Counted from the stretch's first letter, positions 1-11,286 are shown. The stretch: DNA of 32,000 bases from Delftia acidovorans NBRC 14950 (GCF_001598795.1 NZ_BCZP01000014.1:122067-154066); one strand, 5' to 3'. The notes: generated by a model not told the origin, from the letters alone. Program-made: numbers and translations.

Positions 1-1
1 C

Positions 2-1144
2 ATCACCGGGACCAATGGGAAGACCACGGTCACCTCGCTGACCGGCCAACTGCTGGAGCATGCGGGCCTGCGCGTGGCCGTGGCCGGCAATATCGGCCCC
101 ACGCTGCTGGACACGCTGACCCAGGCCATCGATGCCGAAACGCTGCCCCAGGCCTGGGTGCTGGAGCTGTCCAGCTTCCAGCTCGATGGCGTGCAGATGT
201 TCGAGCCCACGGCCGCCGCCGTGCTCAACATCACCCAGGACCATCTGGACTGGCACGGCAGCCTGCGCGCCTATGCCGATGCCAAGGCCTGCATCTTCGG
301 CAGCAGCGGCACCATGGTGCTCAACCGCGAAGACCCCGAGGTCATGCGCATGCTGCCGGCGCCCGTGGTGCCGCCGGGCAAGCGCCAAAAGCCCCAGCAG
401 CGCGCCCACATCACCTTCGGCGGCGACATGCCGCGCCGCCCCGGCGACTTCGGCCTGGAAGTGGTCAGCGGCATGACGTGGCTGGTGCGCGCCCATGAGG
501 CCGACGAAACCGCCAAGGGCAAGAACGCCGAAGACCTGTACATCCAGCGCCTCATGCCTGCCGACGCACTGCGCATCCGCGGCCGGCACAACGCCATCAA
601 CGCCCTGTCCGCCCTGGCCCTGGCCAGCGCGGGTGGCTGCACGCTGGCGCCGCTGCTCTATGGACTGCGTGAGTACCGGGGCGAGCCGCACCGCGTCCAG
701 CCCATTGGCCGCGTCAACGGCGTGGAGTACTACGACGACAGCAAGGGCACGAACGTGGGCGCCACCGTGGCCGCGCTGTCCGGCCTGGGACCTGACCACC
801 GCATCGTGGTCATCCTGGGTGGCGATGGCAAGGGCCAGGATTTCTCCCCGCTGGTCGCGCCCGTGTCGCGCCATGTGCGCACGGCCGTGCTGATCGGTCG
901 CGACGCCGGCCGCATCCGCGCCGCCCTGCAGGACTGCGGCGTGCCCCTGGTCGATGCCACCACCATGGCCGACGCCGTGGAGCTGGCCGCCTCGCGCGCC
1001 CATGAGGGCGATGCCGTGCTGCTGTCGCCCGCCTGTGCCAGCCTGGACATGTTTCGCAACTACGAGGACCGGGCCCACCAGTTCGTCGATGCCGTGCGCG
1101 CGCTGGCGCTGGATGCCGGGCATGAACTCGGAGGTGCTGCATGA
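2..1144 (+). CDS. murD: UDP-N-acetylmuramoylalanine--D-glutamate ligase MurD (5' end outside window)
   Basis: Frame is open from base 2 ([10 protein letters not shown] Mur-ligase P-loop) and runs into ORF 74..1144. [10 protein letters not shown] motif present. Sits directly upstream of ftsW-murG-murC in canonical dcw order. Stop overlaps the ftsW ATG (ATGA). Confidence 0.9.
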   Translation: MTGTNGKTTVTSLTGQLLEHAGLRVAVAGNIGPTLLDTLTQAIDAETLPQAWVLELSSFQLDGVQMFEPTAAAVLNITQDHLDWHGSLRAYADAKACIFGSSGTMVLNREDPEVMRMLPAPVVPPGKRQKPQQRAHITFGGDMPRRPGDFGLEVVSGMTWLVRAHEADETAKGKNAEDLYIQRLMPADALRIRGRHNAINALSALALASAGGCTLAPLLYGLREYRGEPHRVQPIGRVNGVEYYDDSKGTNVGATVAALSGLGPDHRIVVILGGDGKGQDFSPLVAPVSRHVRTAVLIGRDAGRIRAALQDCGVPLVDATTMADAVELAASRAHEGDAVLLSPACASLDMFRNYEDRAHQFVDAVRALALDAGHELGGAA

Positions 1145-2406
1145 CCGCCGTATCGCAGGTCCTGGGCCGCATGCGCTCCTGGTTCGGAGGTGCGCAGGAG
1201 AAGGCCATCGACGTGCTGCCCGTGCGCCTGGGCGGTCCCCAGTACCACCGGCCCACGCAGACGCCGGCCAGCGTGCTCGGCCTGGACCAGGCCCTGATCT
1301 GGGTGGTCATAGGCCTGCTGGCCTGGAGCCTGATCATGGTGTATTCGGCGTCGATCGCCATGCCGGACAACCCGCGCTTCGGCAAGATCGCGCCCACCCA
1401 TTTCCTGATGCGCCATGCCATGTCCATCGGCATGGCCTTCGTCGGCGCGCTGCTGGCCTTCCAGGTGTCCATGGCCACCTGGGAGCGCATGGCGCGCAAG
1501 CTCTTCCTGGTGTCCCTGGTCCTCCTGGTGGCCGTGCTGATCCCGCACGTGGGCACCGTGGTCAACGGCGCGCGGCGCTGGCTGTCGCTGGGCATCATGA
1601 ATTTCCAGCCGTCCGAACTGGCCAAGTTTGCCGTGCTCATCTATGCGGCCGACTACATGGTGCGCAAGATGGAGGTCAAGGAGCGCTTCTTCCGCGCCGT
1701 GCTGCCCATGGGGCTGGCCGTGGTGCTGGTCGGCGTGCTGCTGCTGGCTGAGCCCGACATGGGCGCCTTCATGGTGATCGTGGTGATCGCCATGGGCATC
1801 CTGTTCCTGGGCGGTGTCAACGCACGCATGTTCTTCCTGATCGCGGCCCTGGTGGTGCTGGCCTTCGTGCTGATCATCGCCACCTCCGAATGGCGGCGCG
1901 AGCGCATCTTTGCCTACCTCAATCCCTGGGACGAAAAGCATGCCCTGGGCAAGGGCTACCAGCTGTCGCATGCGCTGATCGCCATCGGTCGCGGCGAGAT
2001 CTTCGGCGTGGGCCTGGGCCGCAGCGTCGAGAAGCTGCACTGGCTGCCCGAGGCGCACACCGACTTCCTGCTGGCCGTGATCGGCGAGGAATTCGGCCTG
2101 GTCGGCGTGCTCTTGATCGCCGTCACCTTCCTGTGGCTGACGCGCCGCATCATGCTCATAGGGCGGCAGGCCATTGCGCTGGACCGGGTGTTCTCCGGCC
2201 TGGTGGCCGAGGGCATTGCGATCTGGATGGGTTTCCAGGCCTTCATCAACATGGGCGTGAACCTGGGCGCGCTGCCGACCAAGGGGCTGACGCTGCCCCT
2301 GATGAGTTTCGGGGGCTCGGCCATTTTGATGAATCTGATAGCGATAGCGGTGGTGTTAAGGGTGGACTACGAGAACAAGTTGCTGATGAAGGGAGGGCAT
2401 GCATGA
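1141..2406 (+). CDS. ftsW: SEDS-family peptidoglycan glycosyltransferase / cell division protein FtsW
   Basis: 421-aa polytopic membrane ORF with SEDS motifs ([39 protein letters not shown]). Located between murD and murG. Confidence 0.9.
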   Translation: MTAVSQVLGRMRSWFGGAQEKAIDVLPVRLGGPQYHRPTQTPASVLGLDQALIWVVIGLLAWSLIMVYSASIAMPDNPRFGKIAPTHFLMRHAMSIGMAFVGALLAFQVSMATWERMARKLFLVSLVLLVAVLIPHVGTVVNGARRWLSLGIMNFQPSELAKFAVLIYAADYMVRKMEVKERFFRAVLPMGLAVVLVGVLLLAEPDMGAFMVIVVIAMGILFLGGVNARMFFLIAALVVLAFVLIIATSEWRRERIFAYLNPWDEKHALGKGYQLSHALIAIGRGEIFGVGLGRSVEKLHWLPEAHTDFLLAVIGEEFGLVGVLLIAVTFLWLTRRIMLIGRQAIALDRVFSGLVAEGIAIWMGFQAFINMGVNLGALPTKGLTLPLMSFGGSAILMNLIAIAVVLRVDYENKLLMKGGHA

Positions 2407-3497
2407 CACAGCAGCCCATCTCCCAAGGCACGCAACGCCAGCGCACGGCCCTGATCATGGCCGGCGGCACGGGCGGACATATCTTCCCGGGCCTGGCCGT
2501 AGCCCAGGCCCTGCGCGAGCGCGGCTGGAACGTGCGCTGGCTGGGCGCGCCCGGCTCCATGGAGTCGCGCATCGTGCCGGCCCAGGGCTTCCCGCTGGAG
2601 ACCATCGAGTTCTCGGGCGTGCGCGGCAAGGGCATCATGACCCTGGCCTTTTTGCCCATGCGCCTGCTGCGTGCCTTCTGGCAGGCGCTGGCCGTGGTGC
2701 GCCGCGTCAAGCCCGACGTGGTGGTCGGTCTGGGTGGCTACATCAGCTTCCCCGGTGGAATGATGGCCGTGCTGGCCGGCAAACCCCTGGTGCTGCATGA
2801 GCAGAACTCCGTGGCCGGCATGGCCAACAAGGTGCTGGCCAGCGTCTCCCACCGCATCTTCACCGCCTTCCCCAACGTGTTCCCCAAGGGCCGCTGGGTC
2901 GGCAACCCCTTGCGCCAGGCCTTCACCGAGCAGCCCGCGCCCGAGCAGCGCTTTGCGGGCCGCAGCGGTCCGCTGCGCCTGCTGGTGGTGGGCGGAAGCC
3001 TGGGCGCCAAGGCGCTCAACGAGATCGTGCCGCAGGCGCTGGCCCTGATTCCTGCCGATGTGCGGCCCGTCGTGCTGCACCAAAGCGGCGCCGCGCAGAT
3101 CGATGCCCTGCGCGCCAACTACGCGGCGGCAGGCGTGCAGGCCGAGCTGACGCCCTTCATTGACGATACGGCGCGCGCCTTTGCCGAGGCCGATGTCATC
3201 GTCTGCCGTGCTGGCGCCAGCACGGTCACCGAGATCGCGGCCGTGGGCGCCGCAGCCATCTATGTGCCCTTCCCGTCCGCCGTGGACGACCACCAGACCA
3301 CGAACGCGCGTTTCCTGGTCGATGCCGGTGGTGGATGGTTGATGCAACAAAGCGCACTGACTGCCCAAAGCCTGGCCGAAATGCTACAAAATATGCAGCG
3401 TGCGACGCTGCTGGAGCGCGCTGGAAAAGCCAAGAAAATGCAAAAGACCGATGCCACCGCCGAGGTGGTCGCCGCCTGTGAGGAACTGGCCGCATGA
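2403..3497 (+). CDS. murG: UDP-N-acetylglucosamine--N-acetylmuramyl-(pentapeptide) pyrophosphoryl-undecaprenol N-acetylglucosamine transferase MurG
   Basis: ORF 1890..3497 trimmed to ATG 2403 (MTQQPIS...), which overlaps the ftsW stop. N-terminal G-loop [18 protein letters not shown]; C-terminal [14 protein letters not shown]...DDHQTTNA. Confidence 0.9.
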   Translation: MTQQPISQGTQRQRTALIMAGGTGGHIFPGLAVAQALRERGWNVRWLGAPGSMESRIVPAQGFPLETIEFSGVRGKGIMTLAFLPMRLLRAFWQALAVVRRVKPDVVVGLGGYISFPGGMMAVLAGKPLVLHEQNSVAGMANKVLASVSHRIFTAFPNVFPKGRWVGNPLRQAFTEQPAPEQRFAGRSGPLRLLVVGGSLGAKALNEIVPQALALIPADVRPVVLHQSGAAQIDALRANYAAAGVQAELTPFIDDTARAFAEADVIVCRAGASTVTEIAAVGAAAIYVPFPSAVDDHQTTNARFLVDAGGGWLMQQSALTAQSLAEMLQNMQRATLLERAGKAKKMQKTDATAEVVAACEELAA

Positions 3498-4927
3498 AGC
3501 ACGCCATTCATCACATCCATTTCGTCGGCATCGGCGGCGCCGGAATGAGCGGCATCGCCGAGGTGCTGCACAACCTGGGTTACGCCATCTCGGGCTCGGA
3601 CCTGTCCGACAGCGCCACGCTGCGCCGGCTCGCCGGCCTGGGCATCGCCACCCACGTCGGCCATGCGGCCGCGCACATCGAAGGGGCTGACGCCGTCGTC
3701 ACCTCCACCGCCGTGCAGTCCGACAATCCCGAGGTGCTGGCCGCGCGCGAGCGCAAGATTCCCGTCGTGCCGCGTGCGCTCATGCTGGCCGAGCTCATGC
3801 GCTTCAAGCAGGGCATCGCCATCGCGGGTGCCCATGGCAAGACCACGACCACCAGCCTGGTGACCAGCGTGCTGGCCGAGGCCGGGCTGGACCCGACCTT
3901 CGTCATCGGCGGCAAGCTCAACAGCGCGGGCGCCAACGCCAAGCTGGGCCAGGGCGACTACATCGTGGTCGAGGCCGACGAGTCCGATGCCTCCTTCCTG
4001 AACCTGCTGCCCGTGATGGCCGTCGTCACCAACATCGACGCCGACCACATGGAAACCTACGGCCATGACTTCGGCCGGCTCAAGGGCGCCTTCGTCGATT
4101 TCCTGCACCGCATGCCGTTCTACGGCCGCGCTATCGTCTGCGTGGACAGCCCGGCCGTGCGCGAGATCCTGCCCCAGGTGGCCCGCCCCGTGACCACCTA
4201 CGGCTTTGCCGAGGACGCACAGGTGCGCGCCCTCAACGTGCGCGCCGAAGCTGGCAGCATGCATTTCACGGTGCGCCGCAGCAACGGCCAGAGCTATCCC
4301 GACCTGGACGTGGTGCTGAGCCTGCCGGGCGAGCACAACGTGCTCAACGCGCTGTCGGCCGTGGCCGTGGCCATGGAGCTGGAGATCTCCGACGACGCGC
4401 TGCTGCGTGCCTTCGAAAGCTTCAAGGGCGTGGGCCGGCGCTTCCAGCGCTATGGCGAACTGGCGACTGCCGACGGCGGCAGCTTCACCGTCATCGACGA
4501 CTATGGCCACCACCCCGTCGAGATGGCGGCCACGCTGGCCGCCGCGCGCGGCGCCTTCCCGGGCCGTCGCCTGGTGCTGGCATTCCAGCCGCACCGCTAC
4601 AGCCGCACGCGCGACTGCTTCGAGGATTTCGTCAAGGTCATCGGCCTGGCCGACGCCGTGCTGCTGACCGAGGTCTATGCGGCCGGCGAGGCGCCCGTGG
4701 TGGCGGCCGACGGCCGCTCGCTGACACGCGCCCTGCGCGTGGCCGGTCGTGTCGAGCCGGTGTTTGTGGAAAACGTTGCCGAGCTGCCGGCGGCCATTGC
4801 CGTCAATGCCCGCGATGGCGACGTGTTGTTGTGCATGGGGGCAGGCTCGATTGGCGCCGTGCCCGGAAAGTTGGTTGAAATGCTTCAGAAACAAGAGCTG
4901 CAGGCGCAGCAGGGAGCTGCGCAATGA
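3494..4927 (+). CDS. murC: UDP-N-acetylmuramate--L-alanine ligase MurC
   Basis: 477-aa ORF with [18 protein letters not shown]-terminus and Mur-ligase P-loop [11 protein letters not shown]. dcw position. Confidence 0.92.
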   Translation: MKHAIHHIHFVGIGGAGMSGIAEVLHNLGYAISGSDLSDSATLRRLAGLGIATHVGHAAAHIEGADAVVTSTAVQSDNPEVLAARERKIPVVPRALMLAELMRFKQGIAIAGAHGKTTTTSLVTSVLAEAGLDPTFVIGGKLNSAGANAKLGQGDYIVVEADESDASFLNLLPVMAVVTNIDADHMETYGHDFGRLKGAFVDFLHRMPFYGRAIVCVDSPAVREILPQVARPVTTYGFAEDAQVRALNVRAEAGSMHFTVRRSNGQSYPDLDVVLSLPGEHNVLNALSAVAVAMELEISDDALLRAFESFKGVGRRFQRYGELATADGGSFTVIDDYGHHPVEMAATLAAARGAFPGRRLVLAFQPHRYSRTRDCFEDFVKVIGLADAVLLTEVYAAGEAPVVAADGRSLTRALRVAGRVEPVFVENVAELPAAIAVNARDGDVLLCMGAGSIGAVPGKLVEMLQKQELQAQQGAAQ

Positions 4928-5904
4928 GCAGCTTCGGCACCCAGATCGATGTCAAGGCCCTGGGCAAGGTGGCCGTGCTGTTGGGCGGCCGCTCGGCCGA
5001 GCGCGAGGTCTCGCTGATGTCGGGCACGGGCGTGCTCAAGGCCCTGCTGTCGCATGGCGTGGACGCCCATGCCTTCGACCCCGCCGAGCGTGACCTGGGC
5101 GAGTTGAAGAAGGACGGGTTCGACCGCTGCTTCATCGCGCTGCACGGCCGCTACGGCGAAGACGGTACGGTGCAGGGCGCGCTGGAGCTGCTGGGCATCC
5201 CGTACACGGGCCCCGGCGTGATGGCCTCCAGCATCGCCATGGACAAGATCATGACCAAGCGCATCTGGCGCTTCGAGGGCCTGCCCACGCCGGACTGGCG
5301 TCTGGTCGCCAGCGCAGACGAGACGCGCGCCGCGCTGCAGGCGCTGGGCGCGCCCATGATCGTCAAGCCCTCGCGCGAGGGCTCGACCATCGGCCTGACC
5401 AAGGTCTGGACGGCCGAGGAATGCGAGCAGGCCTATGTGCTGGCCTCCCGCTACGACCCCGAAGTGCTCTGCGAAGAGTTCATCGAAGGCGACGAGACCA
5501 CCTGCCCCGTGCTCGGCACCGGCGAGGGCGCCCATGCGCTGCCCGTGATCCGCATCGTCGCCCCCGAAGGCAACTACGACTACCAGAACAAGTACTTCAC
5601 CGACGACACCAAGTACCACTGCCCCAGCGGACTGCCTGTCGAGGAAGAGGCCGAGATCCGGCGCATCGTCGTGCGGGCCTTCCGCACGCTGGGCTGCCGC
5701 GGCTGGTCGCGCGCCGACATCATGATCCGCGCCAGCGATCGCAAGCCCTTCCTGCTGGAGATCAACACCTCGCCGGGCATGACGGGCCACTCGCTGGTGC
5801 CCATGTCGGCCCGCGCCATCGGCGTGAGCTACGAAAACCTCTGCCTGGGCATCCTGGCCAGCGCCGCGCTGGACGCCGCGCAACCGGAGCAGGAGCACGC
5901 ATGA
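4924..5904 (+). CDS. ddl: D-alanine--D-alanine ligase
   Basis: 326-aa ORF with ATP-grasp Ddl motifs ([37 protein letters not shown]). dcw position between murC and ftsQ. Confidence 0.9.
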   Translation: MSSFGTQIDVKALGKVAVLLGGRSAEREVSLMSGTGVLKALLSHGVDAHAFDPAERDLGELKKDGFDRCFIALHGRYGEDGTVQGALELLGIPYTGPGVMASSIAMDKIMTKRIWRFEGLPTPDWRLVASADETRAALQALGAPMIVKPSREGSTIGLTKVWTAEECEQAYVLASRYDPEVLCEEFIEGDETTCPVLGTGEGAHALPVIRIVAPEGNYDYQNKYFTDDTKYHCPSGLPVEEEAEIRRIVVRAFRTLGCRGWSRADIMIRASDRKPFLLEINTSPGMTGHSLVPMSARAIGVSYENLCLGILASAALDAAQPEQEHA

Positions 5905-6701
5905 GCTACTCCCTGCCGGCCCCCTTCGACGTCAAGCTCATGAACGTGACCGCCACGGTCCTGTTCGTGGGCGTGGCTGCGCTGGGGCTGGCAGCGGTGA
6001 GCTGGTGGGCGCTGCGCCACCCGGCCTTCAACATCGGCCGCATCGTGGTCGAGGGCGAGCTGGTGCACAACAACACGGTGACGCTGCGCGCCAACGTGGC
6101 GCCCGTGCTCACGGGCAACTTCTTCACCGTGGACCTCAAGGGGGCCAAGGCGGCATTCGAGCAGGTGCCCTGGGTGCGCGAGGCGCAGGTGCGCCGCGAC
6201 TATCCCAACAGCCTGCGCGTCATCCTGCACGAGCATGTGGCCGAGGCCTTCTGGGGCCCCGATTCGGGCACCGGCCTGATCAACAGCTTTGGCGAGGTCT
6301 TCGAGGCCAACCTGGGCGAGCTCGACCGCGACGGCCTGCCGCGCCTGCAGGGCCCCGAGGACAGCGCCCCGCAGATGCTGCAGATGTACCGGCTGCTGGT
6401 GCCGGCGCTGGGGCCGCTGGATGTGGAGATCGATGGGCTCACGCTCAATGCGCGCGGAAGCTGGCAGCTCAGGCTGGCCAATGATGCACAGATCGAACTG
6501 GGTGGCGGCAGCGTGGAAGCCGTGCTGCAGCGCGTGCAGCGCTTCGTGCGCACGCTGCCCCAGATCACGACCCAATACAAGCGCAAGGCCGACGCCATCG
6601 AGTCGGCCGACCTGCGCTACGAAGACGGATATGCGCTGAGGCTGCGCGGTGTGACCACCGGCACGGCCAAGGCGCCGGCTGCAGTGCGTCCCCGACGCTG
6701 A
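5901..6701 (+). CDS. ftsQ: cell division protein FtsQ
   Basis: ORF 5421..6701 trimmed to ATG 5901 ([10 protein letters not shown]...), overlapping the ddl stop. One N-terminal TM helix ([23 protein letters not shown]) followed by a POTRA-like region. Lies between ddl and ftsA. Confidence 0.85.
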   Translation: MSYSLPAPFDVKLMNVTATVLFVGVAALGLAAVSWWALRHPAFNIGRIVVEGELVHNNTVTLRANVAPVLTGNFFTVDLKGAKAAFEQVPWVREAQVRRDYPNSLRVILHEHVAEAFWGPDSGTGLINSFGEVFEANLGELDRDGLPRLQGPEDSAPQMLQMYRLLVPALGPLDVEIDGLTLNARGSWQLRLANDAQIELGGGSVEAVLQRVQRFVRTLPQITTQYKRKADAIESADLRYEDGYALRLRGVTTGTAKAPAAVRPRR

Positions 6702-6785
6702 AGACGAGGGAGGAAAGACCTATGTACACGCACACCATGCAGCGACACAGCGACAGGACAGAACCAACCGGGGGCGGATGCTGAT

Positions 6786-8015
6786 ATGGCAAGAGAATAC
6801 AAAGATGTGATCGTCGGACTGGACATCGGCACGGCCAAGGTCATGGTCGTGGTCGCCGAGGTCCTGTACAACGGCGAACTCAAGCTCGCCGGCCTCGGCG
6901 TGGCCCCGAGCAACGGACTCAAGCGGGGCGTGGTGGTGAACATCGACGCCACCGTGCAGAGCATCCAGCAGGCCTTGAAAGAGGCCGAGCTGATGGCCGA
7001 CTGCAAGATCCAGCGCGTGTGCACCGGCATCACCGGCAGCCACATCCGCGGCCTGAACTCCAGCGGCATGGTGGCCATCAAGGACAAGGAAGTCACGGCC
7101 ACCGACGTGGCGCGCGTGATGGAGACGGCCAAGGCCATCAACATCTCCTCGGACCAGCGGCTGCTGCTGGTCGAGCCGCAGGAATTCGTGATCGACGGCC
7201 AGGAAGTGCGCGAGCCCATCGGCATGAGCGGCATCCGCCTGGAGGCCAAGATCCACATCGTCACGGGCGCGCAGAGCGCGGCCGAGAACATCATCAAGTG
7301 CGTGCGCCGCTGCGGCCTGGAGGTCGAGCAGCTGCTGCTCAACCCGCTGGCATCGAGCCAGGCCGTGCTCACCGACGACGAGCGCGAGCTGGGCGTGGCC
7401 GTGGTCGATATCGGCGCGGGCGCCACCGACGTGGCCATCTTCACGGGCGGCGCCATCCGGCACACGGCCGTCATCCCGATCGCGGGCGACCTGATCACCA
7501 GCGACATCGCCATGGCGCTGCGCACACCGACCAAGGACGCCGAGGACATCAAGGTCGAAAGCGGCTATGCCAAGCAACTGCTGGCCGACCCCGATGCCCA
7601 GGTCGAAGTGCCGGGCCTGGGCGACCGCAGCCCGCGCATGATCAGCAAGCAGGCGCTGGCCGGCGTGATCGAGCCGCGCGTGGAAGAGATCTTTTCTTTG
7701 GTGCAGCAGGTGGTGCGCGATTCCGGCTACGAGGAAGTTCTGTCCTCGGGCATCGTGCTGACCGGCGGCAGCGCCGTCATGCCGGGCATGGTGGAACTGG
7801 GCGAGGACATCTTCCTCAAGCCCGTGCGCCGCGGCATCCCCAAGTATTCGAGCGCTCTGGCAGACATGGTGGCCCAACCCCGCGCCGCCACCGTGATGGG
7901 ATTGCTCGAAGAGGCCCGCCTGGCTCGCCTGCGCGGTTTCAAGGTGGCACAAAAGAGTGGGTCGATGAAGACCGCTTTTGGCCGTTTCAAAGACTTCATC
8001 GTGGGGAACTTTTGA
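6786..8015 (+). CDS. ftsA: cell division protein FtsA
   Basis: 409-aa actin-like ATPase (VVGLDIGTAKVMVVVAE, VVDIGAGATDVAIF). Directly upstream of ftsZ. Confidence 0.92.
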   Translation: MAREYKDVIVGLDIGTAKVMVVVAEVLYNGELKLAGLGVAPSNGLKRGVVVNIDATVQSIQQALKEAELMADCKIQRVCTGITGSHIRGLNSSGMVAIKDKEVTATDVARVMETAKAINISSDQRLLLVEPQEFVIDGQEVREPIGMSGIRLEAKIHIVTGAQSAAENIIKCVRRCGLEVEQLLLNPLASSQAVLTDDERELGVAVVDIGAGATDVAIFTGGAIRHTAVIPIAGDLITSDIAMALRTPTKDAEDIKVESGYAKQLLADPDAQVEVPGLGDRSPRMISKQALAGVIEPRVEEIFSLVQQVVRDSGYEEVLSSGIVLTGGSAVMPGMVELGEDIFLKPVRRGIPKYSSALADMVAQPRAATVMGLLEEARLARLRGFKVAQKSGSMKTAFGRFKDFIVGNF

Positions 8016-8134
8016 TATGTGCTTTCATCGACTGCGCATTACCGGCCCGCCCACCGGCTTCCGAATACCGGACAGAAGACAGAATTTTCCCCAGACGGTG
8101 GTGACCACTTACAGAGAGCTACAGGAGAACCAAC

Positions 8135-9373
8135 ATGCCCATCGACATGATTGAAGTTGAAGAATTCAACCAGGGTACGCAGATCAAGGTGATCGGCGTT
8201 GGCGGCGGCGGCGGCAATGCCGTCGAGCACATGATTGCGCGCAACGTGCAGGGTGTGGAATTCGTCTGCGCCAACACCGACGCGCAGGCGCTGCTGCGCA
8301 GCAGCGCCCACCGCACCATCCAGCTCGGTGGCAGCGGCCTGGGCGCGGGCAGCAAGCCCGACAAGGGCCGCGAGGCTGCCGAAATGGCCGAGGACGACAT
8401 CCGCACCGCCATCGAAGGCGCGCACATGCTGTTCATCACGGCCGGCATGGGCGGCGGCACGGGCACGGGCGCTGCGCCCGTGATCGCGCGCGTGGCCAAG
8501 GAAATGGGCATTCTCACCGTGGGCGTGGTCACCAAGCCCTTCGAGTGGGAAGGCGGCCGACGCATGGCCAACGCCGACAGCGGCCTCAACGAGCTCGAAG
8601 CCAATGTCGATTCGCTGATCGTCGTGCTCAACGAGAAGCTGCTGGACGTGCTGGGTGACGACATCTCGCAGGACGAGGCCTTTGCCCATGCCAACGACGT
8701 TCTCAAGAACGCCGTGGGCGGCATTGCCGAGATCATCAACGAGTACGGCCATGTGAACGTCGACTTCGAAGACGTGCGCACCGTCATGGGCGAGCCCGGC
8801 AAGGCCATGATGGGCACGGCCAAGGCCGCCGGCCCCGACCGCGCGCGCATCGCCGCCGAGCAGGCCGTGGCCTGCCCGCTGCTGGAAGGCATCGACCTGT
8901 CGGGCGCCAAGGGCGTGCTGGTGCTGGTCACGGCCGCCAAGGGCAGCCTCAAGCTGTCCGAGTCGCGCCTGGCCATGAGCACCATCAATGCCTATGCCTC
9001 GCCCGACGCGCACGTGATCTACGGCGCCGCCTACGACGACACCCTGGGCGACGAGATCCGCGTCACCGTGGTCGCCACCGGCCTGTCGCGCCCCAGCGCA
9101 CGCCGCCAGAACATGCAGGTGGTGCAGGGCGGTCTGCGCACCGGTACCGACAACATGAGCTACCAGCTGCCCTCGGCCTCCATGGGTGCCGCCACGGCAG
9201 CCGGCGGCCTGGTCGGCGGTGCCGCCGGCGGTGCCGACTATGCCAACAACATGTCGGTCCCCAGCGTCTGGCGTACCAACCGCACGCAGGCCGCTGCCCG
9301 CGTCGATGCCCTGGCCTCCGGCGGCATGGACGATCTGGAAATCCCGGCCTTCCTGCGCAAGCAGGCTGACTGA
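8135..9373 (+). CDS. ftsZ: cell division GTPase FtsZ
   Basis: AGGAGA Shine-Dalgarno (SD) sequence 6 nt upstream. Tubulin signature GMGGGTGTGAAPV, plus GVGGGGGNAV. Conserved C-terminal peptide DDLEIPAFLRKQAD. Confidence 0.97.
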   Translation: MPIDMIEVEEFNQGTQIKVIGVGGGGGNAVEHMIARNVQGVEFVCANTDAQALLRSSAHRTIQLGGSGLGAGSKPDKGREAAEMAEDDIRTAIEGAHMLFITAGMGGGTGTGAAPVIARVAKEMGILTVGVVTKPFEWEGGRRMANADSGLNELEANVDSLIVVLNEKLLDVLGDDISQDEAFAHANDVLKNAVGGIAEIINEYGHVNVDFEDVRTVMGEPGKAMMGTAKAAGPDRARIAAEQAVACPLLEGIDLSGAKGVLVLVTAAKGSLKLSESRLAMSTINAYASPDAHVIYGAAYDDTLGDEIRVTVVATGLSRPSARRQNMQVVQGGLRTGTDNMSYQLPSASMGAATAAGGLVGGAAGGADYANNMSVPSVWRTNRTQAAARVDALASGGMDDLEIPAFLRKQAD

Positions 9374-9466
9374 GCAGCGGCCCATACGGTCGCTGCATAG
9401 CCGTGATAGCGAAAGCCGTGCCAGGGCCATGCCCTGCGCACGGCTGCCGCGTTCTAAAATAGCCGG

Positions 9467-10390
9467 ATGCTCCAACAACGCACCATCAAGACGATCACCC
9501 GTGCCGTTGGCGTGGGCCTGCACAGCGGCCAGCGCGTCGAATTGACGCTGCGACCCGCGCAGCCCGACACCGGCATCGTGTTCCGTCGCGTGGACCTGCC
9601 GGAGCCTGTGGACATCCCGATCTCGGCCGAAGCCGTCACCGACACGCGCATGGCCTCCACCATCGGCACCGGCGGCGCCAAGGTGCATACCGTGGAGCAC
9701 CTGATGTCGGCCATTGCCGGCCTCGGGCTCGACAACATCTATATAGACATCACCGCCGAGGAAGTGCCCATCCTCGACGGCTCCTCAGCCTCCTTCGTGT
9801 TCCTGCTGCAAAGCGCGGGCATCGAGCTGCAAAAGGCTCCCAAGCGCTTCATCCGCGTCATCCGCCCCGTCGAGGTGCGCGAGGGCGAGGGCCAGAACCT
9901 CAAGTGGGCACGCTTCGACCCCTACCACGGCTTCAAGCTGCGCTTCGAGATCGACTTCGCCCATCCGGCCGTGGACTCCACGGGCCAGTGCGTGGAGTTC
10001 GACATGGGCGAGGACAACTACACGCGCGACATCGCACGCGCGCGCACCTTCGGCTTCACCAAGGACGTGGAAATGCTGCGCAGCCATGGCCTGGCGCTGG
10101 GCGGCGGCATGGACAACGCCATCGTCATGGACGACTACAAGGTGCTCAACAGCGACGGCCTGCGCTACGACGACGAGTTCGCCAAGCACAAGATCCTCGA
10201 CGCCATCGGCGACCTGTACCTGATCGGCAGGCCGCTGCTGGCCGCCTACAGCGCCTTCCGCTCGGGCCACGGCATGAACAACCAGTTGCTGCGTGCCCTG
10301 CTGGCCCAGCCCGACGCCTGGGAACTGGTCAGCTTCGACAGCGAGCGCCAGGCACCCAAGGGCTTCGCCCAGCCCGCGCGGGCCTGGTGA
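9467..10390 (+). CDS. lpxC: UDP-3-O-acyl-N-acetylglucosamine deacetylase LpxC
   Basis: 307-aa ORF. N-terminus [21 protein letters not shown] is colinear with E. coli LpxC ([21 protein letters not shown]). HTVEHLMSA zinc-site motif. Position after ftsZ as in E. coli. Confidence 0.95.
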   Translation: MLQQRTIKTITRAVGVGLHSGQRVELTLRPAQPDTGIVFRRVDLPEPVDIPISAEAVTDTRMASTIGTGGAKVHTVEHLMSAIAGLGLDNIYIDITAEEVPILDGSSASFVFLLQSAGIELQKAPKRFIRVIRPVEVREGEGQNLKWARFDPYHGFKLRFEIDFAHPAVDSTGQCVEFDMGEDNYTRDIARARTFGFTKDVEMLRSHGLALGGGMDNAIVMDDYKVLNSDGLRYDDEFAKHKILDAIGDLYLIGRPLLAAYSAFRSGHGMNNQLLRALLAQPDAWELVSFDSERQAPKGFAQPARAW

Positions 10391-10403
10391 GGCGAGCGCC
10401 GCC

Positions 10404-10580
10404 ATGCTGATCTTCCGCTGGCTGGCCACCCTGCTGCTGCTGGCCTCGGCCGTCTCCTTCGCGTTCTACCTGGGCACGGGCCTGCCGCACTACAAGCGCT
10501 GGGGCTTCATCATCCTCAAGTGGACCGTGATTGCCGGCGTGACCTTCTTCGCCGTTCTGTTCTTCGGCCGCATCGTCTGA
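10404..10580 (+). CDS. small (58 aa) two-TM membrane protein, unknown function
   Basis: ATG 13 nt after the lpxC stop. Two hydrophobic helices (WLATLLLLASAVSFAFYL, IILKWTVIAGVTFFAVLFF). Third-position GC is high like neighbouring genes. No family recognised. Confidence 0.55.
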   Translation: MLIFRWLATLLLLASAVSFAFYLGTGLPHYKRWGFIILKWTVIAGVTFFAVLFFGRIV

Positions 10581-10720
10581 GGGCAGCTCTGACTCGCATC
10601 CCATCCAACGCAATTGCGATAGCGAGATCGAGACCATGGCGCTTGCGGGGGGCGCGCTCAGGCGAGAGACAGCAAGCAAGGGCCGCCCCGCAGCTAGGCT
10701 GTCGTCCCCCTCAGGGGGAG

Positions 10721-11269
10721 TCAATACACCCTGCCGCCCTTGTAGACCGCATGCTGGCGGCGCTGCAGCTGCGTGACCTCGGCCATCTTCGACATGGCGG
10801 CGCCCGCATGGGCGTGGGTGATGGCCAGGCCCAGGGCGTCGGCTGCGTCAGTGCCGGGCAGGCCGGGCAGTTGCAGCAGGCGGCGCACCATTTCCTGGAT
10901 CTGGCTCTTGGCCGCGCGGCCGTGGCCTGTCATGGCCTTTTTCATCTGCAGTGCCGTGTATTCGGCGACCGGCAGGCCTGCATTGACCAGGGCCGTGAGC
11001 GCGGCGCCGCGCGCCTGGCCCAGCAGCAGCGTGGACTGGGGGTTGACGTTGACGAAGACGATTTCCACGGCCGAGGTGTCGGGCTGGTAGCGGCTGGCGA
11101 CTTCCGAGATGCCGTCGAACAGCAGCTTGAGCCGGCCCGGCAGGTCGCCGAGCGCGATGCCGGTGGTACGGATGGTGCCGCTGGCCACATAGGCCAGGCG
11201 GTGGCCGTCGACGTCGATCACGCCGAATCCCGTGGTCTGTAGCCCGGGGTCGATTCCAAGAATGCGCAT
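10721..11269 (-). CDS. ruvC: crossover junction endodeoxyribonuclease RuvC
   Basis: ORF 10721..11737 trimmed to ATG at 11269 ([20 protein letters not shown]...). 182 aa, typical RuvC length and N-terminal catalytic Asp motif. Confidence 0.9.
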   Translation of the reverse strand: MRILGIDPGLQTTGFGVIDVDGHRLAYVASGTIRTTGIALGDLPGRLKLLFDGISEVASRYQPDTSAVEIVFVNVNPQSTLLLGQARGAALTALVNAGLPVAEYTALQMKKAMTGHGRAAKSQIQEMVRRLLQLPGLPGTDAADALGLAITHAHAGAAMSKMAEVTQLQRRQHAVYKGGRVY

Positions 11270-11286
11270 GGCGTGACTGTAGCCGT

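Noticed and set aside
3260-4924. 554-aa minus-strand ORF antisense to murC. Similar long antisense or shadow ORFs occur at 8039-9700, 14017-16023, 20860-22074, 23603-24772, 29091-30338 and 30504-31439.
   Set aside because: All lie opposite genes with strong family motifs. Their compositions are R/A/G/H/P-rich without domains. This is expected in DNA of roughly two-thirds G+C.
10705-10719. TCCCCC-TCA-GGGGGA hairpin resembling TGCCCCC-CGA-GGGGGCA at 31512-31528, considered as a possible REP-like repeat family
   Set aside because: There are only two short copies and no flanking similarity. C5/G5 hairpins arise easily in GC-rich intergenic DNA.
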